Positions 55,291-64,000 of a stretch of DNA of 64,000 nt are shown here, in pieces. Every line of letters begins with the position of its first letter. Within the stretch, counting starts at the first letter, position 1. The notes beneath the pieces are model-generated. The model was not told where the DNA came from, did not search any database, and was given only the letters and a program-made list of their open reading frames with translations. The stretch comes from Eledone cirrhosa (lineage: Eukaryota). The stretch spans positions 31,062,001-31,126,000 of the forward strand of contig OZ024746.1 in assembly GCA_964016885.1 (NCBI GenBank). The letters run 5' to 3'. The position numbers and the translations under genes are program-made.

Positions 55291-55409
55291 ATATATATAT
55301 ATATATACACACCTACATATACACACACATATATATATATATACATGATCAATGGTCAACAAAGACCCACACCAATATCCAAGCAACCAATAAATCAGTA
55401 AATACTGAC

Positions 55410-55517
55410 CCCTGGACGTCCAGATGACCCTCCATGTTGCAACAAATATGTTTTCAGTGCTCGGAGCAATTTTTTGTCCAATGTGTGTTCACTGAAATTA
55501 TGTAGCACAAATCCACC
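55410..55517 (-). CDS. PLPPR-like exon (just after TM6)
   Basis: cag|GGFVLHNFSEHTLDKKLLRALKTYLLQHGGSSGRPG|gtcagt (cf. PLPPR1 GMCVVHNFKG). Confidence 0.85.
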
Positions 55518-56351
55518 CTGGAATATATCAACAAAATACAGTTAATGACTCATTAGTTTCATTTAATTTATTCATTTTTTTTTCGGAATCATATTTCATC
55601 ATTGGTAGTATCGGTAGAGGGTCGGACGCCATGCTTTGCAGCAAAGAGTTACGGCCCTTTATGGTCTGAGTTCAAATCCCGCCGAGGTTAACTTTGCCTT
55701 TCATCCTTATGGGGATCGATAAAATAAAGTACCAGTAATACACTGGGATAATTGCTGGCCTTGTGCCAAAAGTAGAAACAATTATTATTAATCTCAGAAG
55801 GATGACAGGTAAAGTTAACCCTGGCAAGATTTTAACTTAGAATGTAAAGAGTTAGAACATAGCGGCAACAACAACAACAACAATGGTCTCTTTATTAGCC
55901 ACAGATAATAATAATAATAATTGTTTCTACTTTAGGCACAAAGCCACCAATTACCCAGTCCATTACTGGTACTTTATTTTATCGACCCCGTAAGGATGAA
56001 AGGCAAAGTTAACCTCGACGGGATTTGAACTCAGTTCGTAAAGGGGCGTAACTATGCTGGAAAGCATGGCGTCCGACCCTCTACCGATACTGCCAAATAA
56101 TAATAATGGTTTCTGATTTAAGCACAAGGCCAACAATTTCGGGAGGAGGGAAAGTCGATTTAATCGACCCCAGTACATTACTGGTACTTCTTTTCAGTCA
56201 TCCTTACCAGGGTTCATGAAATAAAATGGAAATTAAACGAAAAATAAAAAATATATATATAATAATCTATATTATAATAAGAGCGCTGTCTGTCTGTCCG
56301 TCCATCACACTCACTCTATATAGAGAGAGGGAGCACCAAGCAAGAGCTATG

Positions 56352-56404
<53 letters not shown>

Positions 56405-56655
56405 ACGCTGTGTGTTTTCGAGGTGATAGAAAGAGGTAGATAGACAGAAAGTTATAACATTGCCCTCATCTATATAGAGAGAGGGTGAGCACCGAGTGAT
56501 ATGTACATAGATAGAGAGAGAAAAGGAACGTCATTTGTTTAGAGAAACTGTGTGTGTGTGTGTGTCAGAAAGAGAGAGAAGATGTTGCCCTCATCTAGTA
56601 ATGATAATAAATAACAATAATAAAATAATCCTTAATTTTCAGTCTGTTTTCTTAC

Positions 56656-56832
56656 CAGGTAGGCAGCCATGAGAACACCCATTCCAAAGCCAGCAACGAC
56701 ATCTGTCCAATAACTTCGGAACAATCCAATTTCTACTAATCCACAAAGTAGAGACATCATACAGAATATCATGGCCAAGAAGACTCGGACTAGTTTTAAG
56801 GTGTGGGTACCTACACCATAATGTATATAGAT
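56656..56832 (-). CDS. PLPPR-like exon (TM5, C3 motif, TM6)
   Basis: cag|IYIHYGVGTHTLKLVRVFLAMIFCMMSLLCGLVEIGLFRSYWTDVVAGFGMGVLMAAYL|gtaaga. Confidence 0.9.
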
Positions 56833-56907
56833 CTGAAATAGGAGATGGAAGTTAGAATATATTGATGTGAAGGGGTTGCGAAAACTGGGGCTAGTTTAAA
56901 GGTGTGT

Positions 56908-56951
<44 letters not shown>

Positions 56952-57317
56952 AGATTTGAATGGATACAGTTTAGTTGAAAGGAATTTATTGACACGTGTT
57001 TCTATAACAGTTACATAACCTAAAACAGCTATCTACAAACTTTTAGTTATGCAGACATTCAATATTTCAATGTTATTATTTACTGTCATTTCATCAGAAT
57101 AATATTACTGAGGACCTATTTAGTTTTTATAGAGAATATTAGGAGGGAGGGGTGAAGTTGTTAGAAGAATAGTTGAAGGAGTGGTTTTTCGATAGCAGTG
57201 AGAATTCTTGGGAACCGGAAACTGGAACCGTCGAGCAAACTCTACGTGAGCTGATAATCTACTGTGTGTAATATTTATATTACAACACAACGGAAAATAC
57301 TGTATATATATATATAT

Positions 57318-58533
57318 ATATTGTTATATTTGGGGAGGGTCATATTTGCGTAATATTGCCAGAATTAATAACAGAACACACTCACTGTTTGGTTGGTTTT
57401 CGCTTCTCGCTGTCTTTTATATATATATATCTGCGATCTAACTTACTCGGTCCTCAATGTTGCCATTGACTGACCGGCGGTCAAAAATAATACAGATACA
57501 ATATAGACAAACACATATATATATAGTTTACATAAATCTTTCGTTGCACATCTGCAACATCGTCAGTGGTGTTATATTCATTGTTCCTCCTGTTGTGTTG
57601 TATGTCTACGCCATTTTTTTTTTTTTGTTCAGTCTGTCTATATATTTATTTATTTATTTGCTTGTTTGTTTATCTTATTTTATTTGTCTTCTTTGCGCAT
57701 GCGTTTGCGTGTGTGTATAGTGTTATGTGTGATGTGTGACTAGTGTGTATAGTGTTGTGTCTGCTGGGTGACTAGTGTGTGTTTATGTGCTTGTTGTTAT
57801 TGTGCTTGTGTATGTATTTATTTATCTTATTTTATTTAATTTTATTTACTTATTTATACTTCTCTTAGGTCAGTGTTGTTTGTCTGGGTGTTGTTGTTGT
57901 TCCACTCATTCTTTCTGTTTAGCTTTGGTCTTCTAATTTCTATTTCACTGGCCTCTCTGATTTGCCTATCTGCTGGGTCATTCCTATGTTTAGATATTAT
58001 TCTAATTTCTATGTTGTCTATGTTACCGTCATGATGTTGTCTAGCATGTTCGTATAGTACTGACCCGTTTTTTCGTCCTTTTAGTTCCCCCCAGTGTTGG
58101 TCTATCCTTTCACCTATGCTACGAGCTGTCTCACCTATGTATGTTGTTGTCGTGTTTCTGCAAGTACCCTCTGTACATCTTATGCTATAGACTACGTTTC
58201 TAGTTTTACAGTTTATCCGGGGGTTCACCTTACATATGATACATTTCCTATTGGTACAGTGGGTTTTCTTAAAAGGGTAGGTTTTGCTGTCTATATTGTA
58301 TCTGTATTATTTTTGACCGCCGGTCAGTCAATGGCAACATTGAGGACCGAGTAAGTTAGATCGCAGATATATATATATAAAAGACAGCGAGAAGCGAAAA
58401 CCAACCAAACAGTGAGTGTGTTCTGTTATTAATTCTGGCAATATTACGCAAATATGACCCTCCCCAAATATAACAATATCTGTTTCGACACACGATTTCA
58501 TATAAAAAACCTCGCAAAACTAATTCATCGCCG

Positions 58534-58534
<1 letters not shown>
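57318..58534 (-). mobile_element. 5'-truncated Penelope-like element: GIY-YIG endonuclease remnant between about 190-bp inverted pseudo-LTRs, inserted in (TA)n
   Basis: ORF 57854-58228 reads NCKTRNVVYSIRC..C....YIGETARSIGERIDQH...REASEI...PKLNR. Arms 57318-57509 and 58288-58479 are near-identical inverted copies. Confidence 0.92.
57531..57568 (-). ncRNA. Minimal hammerhead motif downstream of the GIY-YIG ORF
   Basis: ca-CTGACGA-t-gttgca gatg tgcaac-GAAA-gatt-TA-tg; 6-bp stem II, but stem I is only 2 bp. Confidence 0.6.
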
Positions 58535-58602
<68 letters not shown>

Positions 58603-58723
58603 CATATATATATATACACATATATAAACACACATATACATATATATATATATATGTGTTATTCCGGGTTGAATCGGAGGTAACCACAGTAAGTAAGGTA
58701 CTCAATACATTGCAGAGTATAAA

Positions 58724-58850
58724 AGTTTTAATATAGATGAGATTCTACAGGACTAGAACTGTTTCATTCCTTAGAAATCATCAGAGATTCCTGATGATTT
58801 CTAAAGAATGAAACAGTTCTAGTCCTGTAGAATCTCATCTATATTAAAAC

Positions 58851-58851
<1 letters not shown>
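58724..58851. repeat. Near-perfect palindrome (61-bp arms) with back-to-back hammerhead cores, abutting (TA)n
   Basis: The loop agattc is flanked on each strand by CTGATGA-t ttc taaR gaa t-GAAA-cagttctagtcc. Confidence 0.9.
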
Positions 58852-58882
<31 letters not shown>

Positions 58883-59143
58883 TATATAAACACACATATA
58901 TATACACACACATATATGTATATAAACACACATAATCTATACACACACATATATATATAGATCTGAAATATATAGAACAGAGAAAATAGTGACAAAGTTT
59001 TAATCCTTTTGATACCATCCTGGCCTAAACTACATCTGGTATTCTAAGAAACAAAACCACCCATTTTAAAGAGTTTCAATTTAAATTAAAATCTTTCAAC
59101 TGTAAAGTGGTCGTATTGGTGCTACGATAAAAAGCACCCAGTT

Positions 59144-59432
59144 TCATCATCATCATCACCATTTTACGTCTGTTCTTCCACGCTAGCATGGGTTAGACGG
59201 GTTGTCCTGTTGTGGGCAGTGTCTGGTCGGCTGACCATGCCTTGCTCATACAGGAACTGATTTGGCTTGATTTCTACAGCTGGATGCCCTTCCTAACACC
59301 AACCTCATTTACAGTGAGTGCTGGTTGCTTTTTCGTGGTGCCTACACATCCACTTTACAGTGTGGGCTGGGTGCTTTTTTGCCATGGCACCTCCACGACC
59401 ACTTTGCGGTGGGGGTGTGTGGGGGGCATATT
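59144..59432 (-). mobile_element. RTE 3' UTR fragment, near-identical to 37835-38128
   Basis: Same sequence inverted, with a (cat)n tail at 59144. Confidence 0.9.
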
Positions 59433-59684
59433 GTCTATCACTGTAAATGTGACTGGTTTTAGGAAGGGCATCCAGCTTTAGAAACCAAGCCAGAATTAGT
59501 TTTGTATGCGCAAGACATGGTCATCTGATCTGAAATTGTCTCACAATGGGACAGGATGTTTAACCCATGCTAGCATAGAAAAATGGACATTAAATGGTGA
59601 TGATGATGATAACTAATAATTTTACTAAATCTCTCCAAATTCTTCATTAATTAATTAAAATATTTATTACCAGAAATATGATTT

Positions 59685-59970
59685 AGAGAGTGTTACAGGT
59701 GAGACATAGTTACCTTAGTAAACCTCATTAAAGAGAGTTACAGGTGTCATAGTTACCTGTAGTAAACCTCAGAGTGTGTTACAGGTGTATCATAGTTACC
59801 TGTAATAAACCTCATTAGAGTGTTATAGGTGTGACATAGTTACCTGTAGTAGCCCTCAGAGAGAGTTACAGATGTGACAGTTACCTGTAGTAAACCTCGT
59901 TAGAGAGTGTTACAGGTGTATCATTGTTAGCTGTAATAAACCTCATTAGAGGGTGTGACATAGTTACCTA
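59685..59970. repeat. About 42-bp minisatellite (agagtgttacaggtgtgacatagttacctgtagtaaacctc)
   Basis: About 7 imperfect units, each with an internal acaggt/acctgt dyad. Confidence 0.85.
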
Positions 59971-60784
59971 TAAAGAATGATATGAGAGAAGGTGGGGGCA
60001 TTACAACACAGGTGTATCATAATGGTGATGAAGCAGGTAACTTATAAGGTGTAGTAGTTTAACAGTAGCTGCTATGTTACTAGTGTCAAACTTAAATTGG
60101 TTCACTTTACCTGTTTAATAATAATAAAGTAAAAAAAGAACCTGCTTCCAACATATTGATCTTTCAAACTGATACATATTGATCTAAATCTATTGATCTT
60201 TCAAACTGACACGGATGACTCACAAATGAAAACATTGAACTAAAACGTGAGGCTGTAACTTGCTTTTGATAACATATTAGATTTTTCTTAGATAGAAACA
60301 AGAGCCATCAATCAATGAGAGTGCATCCATAGTTAAAGTATCTGTGTACACAGGTATAAACAAAGCAGGGTTAAAGCAACAAAAGTTGAAACTATAACTG
60401 ATTCTGACAACATACTAAATTTTTTTGTTGGAGAGAAATAAGAGCTAGCAATGAAATGGAGTGCATACACAGTTAAAGTTTCAAAATACACAAAGCTGGC
60501 TTAAAGGAACCAATTACAAAACAAAAATAAATAAAGAATGAAATTATAAGATGGTGGTTGAGTGGAAATGTTTGGTTTTTGGTGTTCTAACTTTGCTACA
60601 GTGATGGTTCCATGCTGTGAGAAGGATTGGTAAACCTTGCTAGAAATAGCAGCCACTCATTCAATGGTTGGCTAGTCACAGTTAAAGAAGGCAGCATTCA
60701 ACAAGAAAATACATACTTTATATAGGCAATAGAACCTTGCTTATATATATATGTTCCCCAAAGTCCCTCAATGGCCACTAGATA

Positions 60785-60956
60785 TCACCTTTTAGTCATC
60801 AGATGTCCCCCTATTTCACTAGTTGTCGTCCACTATCACCAGATGTCCCCAAGTATCACCAGATGTCCATCAATAGTCACCAGATGTCCCCCAACAGTCA
60901 CCAGATGTCCCCCAACAGTCACCAGATGACCATCAACCCTCACCAGATGTCCCCCC
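60785..60956. repeat. About 21-bp minisatellite tcaccagatgtcccccaacag
   Basis: About 7 units beside the donor of exon 60980. Confidence 0.85.
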
Positions 60957-60979
60957 AGACATAGGTAAATCTAACTTAC

Positions 60980-61037
60980 CACAAGGAAGACAGCTGCATA
61001 TGAAGTTAAACAGGCATTCATTGAGGGAAATGAAGTT
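60980..61037 (-). CDS. PLPPR-like exon (C2 motif)
   Basis: cag|(R)TSFPSMNACLTSYAAVFLV|gtaagt, phase 2/0. Confidence 0.92.
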
Positions 61038-61208
61038 CTGAAACAACAACAACAATAATAACAAGAATATAATAACATTAGTTTGGTTTATTTTAATGTT
61101 GTATTTGATATGGTGTTGGAGGTGAGAAAGAAGTAGAAGACCACTTACTGAGCATTGTGAAGATATAACAACAAAAAGAGAAAGAGAAAGATATAGACAA
61201 GCACTTAC

Positions 61209-61395
61209 CGAGCATTGCGAAGGTGTAACATATTTTTAACCAAGCACAACTCATCTCCTCCGCTTTGGTTCTGCAAGAAACACTTTGACCGATTCACTTG
61301 GCAAATGTCAAGAAAATTTGGTCGTAAACGTCCTGTCATTAATTTGATGACATCTGTGAAAACCATTAATGCCATTGCACCAAACAGAAAGACAC
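61209..61395 (-). CDS. PAP2-family / phospholipid phosphatase-related (PLPPR-like) exon (TM3, C1 motif); upstream exons outside the window
   Basis: cag|(G)VFLFGAMALMVFTDVIKLMTGRLRPNFLDICQVNRSKC...LRNAR|gtaagt; K-x6-RP motif. Exon boundaries match the vertebrate PLPPR layout as recalled. Confidence 0.92.
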
Positions 61396-61777
61396 CTGAT
61401 GAAGACACAACATAGCTTACATTATATTACATTACTTTACATTACATTACATTATTTCATGATCATCTGTATGCTTTAACTGGTTTTAGCCAGTAGACTA
61501 TGGCCATGCTGGGGCACAACCCTGATTTAGTTGATCATAACCCCAGGATGTATAACAACTTATTTTTTTCAAGTCAGGTTTTTATTTTATTAATTTTTTT
61601 GTCGAACTGCTAAATTACAGGATATGAGGACACGCACACAAACAAACATACATACAAACATAAACACACACGCACATAGATGCAAACATAAGTACACATA
61701 CACACACACAATATATATATATATATATATATGTCTATATAATTCTCTAAGTGATATTTTTAGCTGTCTATATATAT

Positions 61778-62145
61778 ATCATTTTTATGTCCACTTTGCC
61801 ACACTTGCATGGGTTAGACGGGTCCTTTTCTGCACGGCATCTCTCCACACGTCGCGATCCTTTGTCATCGCCTCTGTAAGTCTCAGTGATTTGAGGTCAG
61901 CTCTCACAACCTCTGCCCAGGTCTTTCTTGGTCTACCTCTTCTGCGACTTCCTTCCACTGGCATTTCCTGACACTTGGTCACCCAATGATCATTGTCCAT
62001 GCACATCACATATCTAAACCAATGCAGTCTTCTCTTCTGCACAAGACCTTGGATTCCTCTTAAACCCAGCTTCTCCTTCAACACGTCCAAGCTCTGCTTC
62101 TCTCCCAAACTTACATTGCATATCCAATGGAGTATGGTTGCTTCA
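61778..62145 (-). mobile_element. RTE LINE 3' fragment
   Basis: KRRLHWFRYVM...EGSRRRGRPRKTWAEVVRADL...DRDVWR. Confidence 0.9.
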
Positions 62146-62622
62146 TTATATATATATATAATTATGTACACACATATGGGTGTTTTATTTTGCAAACTAT
62201 CACCAATCATCTCTTGTTGATTACACTCCATGTTCGAGTTGGTGGAATAACAAAGTGTACCGAATTTTAAATCAATCAAATAATATTTAACATCTTTTTA
62301 TTTATGATGGGTCTGAGGTGACACCTTCTCGGGCTTTTTCTCAAGTGGCCAAATGGCCTTTCAGGTTTTCATTTTCTTATTTACTATGGAAAACGAAAAG
62401 CAAAATCAATCAACCAATTTTATCTTAATGAGTGTTTGGGTTCTTACATTTCTAGAAGCCATTCAGGCTATGAAAAGCAAAAGAGAAGAAAATTATTTTC
62501 TAACTTCATAACAACGGATGGAACTTGACAAAAACTAGTATGTTTACAAAACCAACGCTGAACCAACAATGAAATGATCCTTGCATTAGAACCTTATTGT
62601 TAACTCATTCATCATCACTGTT

Positions 62623-62988
62623 CATCATCACCGTTTTACGTCCGTTCTTCCACGCTAGCATGGGTTAGACGGGTTGTCCTGTTGTGGGCAGTGTCTGGTC
62701 GGCTGACCATGCCTTGCTCATACAGGAACTGATTTGGCTTGATTTCTACAGTTGGATGCCCTTCCTAACACCAACCTCATTTACAGTGAGTGCTGGGTGC
62801 TTTTTCGTGGCGCCTACATGTCCACTTTACAGTGTGGGCTGGGTGCTTTTTTGCCGTGGCACCTCCACGACCACCTTGCGGTGGGGGGTGTGGGGGCATA
62901 TTGTCTATATGCTTCAGCTTGTACCCATGGGAGGTTGGGTACTCTGTATTACTGCATGATGCCAGAAGTCACGGTCGTGTGTCATTGT
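62623..62988 (-). mobile_element. RTE 3' end fragment, near-identical to 37750-38128
   Basis: Same sequence inverted, including the last codons and the UTR. Confidence 0.9.
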
Positions 62989-63737
62989 CTTGTTGAATTA
63001 TCAAAACAAATATCGAAAAGTTCACCTCATTAACCTGATACCAAATACTTCTTTGTATGAACAATGAAAACAAACCACTGATGTAAAATTATTTCTACAT
63101 ACTTAGTTTAAGTTTATGATTCATTTCTTTTTTCATTTAGGATCCTATAAACAGTAGAAACGTCTCCTACATGTACATAGACAAAAATAGCCTGGCTATA
63201 ATCAACAAGTGTTGAAGTAAATATTTTACATATTTTTAGCATAGCATTCAAAAAACACCAAACTGTGCACTCCCTAAATATATCTGTATCTCCTTGTGCA
63301 GCTTTTATGTGAACTGAATTCAGGGTGCAATCAGCATGAAGTGATTCCAACAAAAAAAATGTCTCCCTATAAATATGAAACTCTCTAATGTACATACTCA
63401 ACTATTAACATGAGAAACAGGCATTGAACGATGGTAATGATGACATACATGTGCAGACACACACATATGTTTATGCACACACACATGTATGTGCACATAC
63501 AAATTATTAACAATGAAAACACACACACAGAGACACTGACACATACACATACACACACTGACACATACACACAGACACATAAACAACAGACACACATATT
63601 CCCATATTCCACAGAGCAATAAAAAGATAACATCTGAATGACTATTAAAATGTTAATATTGAATAATTGACATTGTGGTGGTGGTAGTGAGATGGGGTGG
63701 GAGTGAAAGATGTAAGAGATTCTGAAGGAAGATTAGA

Positions 63738-63822
<85 letters not shown>

Positions 63823-64000
63823 GAGAGGGGGGAGAGATTGAGGGAGGGAGAGACATGCAAAAAAGAAAAGAAGAGAGAAAGGAAAGAGAAAGAGAGTATG
63901 AGAGAGAGAAAGAGATGATGAGAAAGGGGAAAGTGATGAGGAAAAAGAGCATAAAGAGGAAAAGAATAAATGAAAAGAGAGGAAGGTAGAGAGAGAGAGA

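Noticed and set aside
63114-63401. 95-aa minus-strand ORF as an upstream PLPPR-like exon
   Set aside because: No PAP2-like transmembrane pattern, it ends in a stop, and no convincing splice sites were found.

Overview
Intron-rich, very AT- and microsatellite-rich animal DNA; the SINE, RTE and (TA)n landscape suggests an octopod cephalopod (inference). Two convergent genes can be assembled by hand with consistent GT-AG splice phases. (1) A nischarin (NISCH/IRAS) orthologue on + has 16 coding exons from 4183 to 27525 (PX domain, LRRs, a Thr/Ser-rich repeat exon, a 2.57-kb last exon), about 1636 aa in the window; exon 1 was not found and there is a candidate optional 28-nt microexon. (2) The 3' five exons (61395 down to 53057) of a PAP2/phospholipid-phosphatase-related (PLPPR-like) gene lie on -, with both catalytic histidines replaced. 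The rest is RTE LINE fragments, tRNA-derived SINEs, piggyBac-like MITEs and mini/microsatellites. The most striking unexplained structure is a set of about 10 palindromic inserts beside TA repeats. Several carry minimal hammerhead-ribozyme cores (CUGANGA..GAAA) pointing outward, and four share a 'GTACTYAATAC' tail motif. One contains a Penelope-like GIY-YIG endonuclease ORF, which links the set to Penelope-like retroelements. All calls come from reading the sequence; no searches or folding programs were run.
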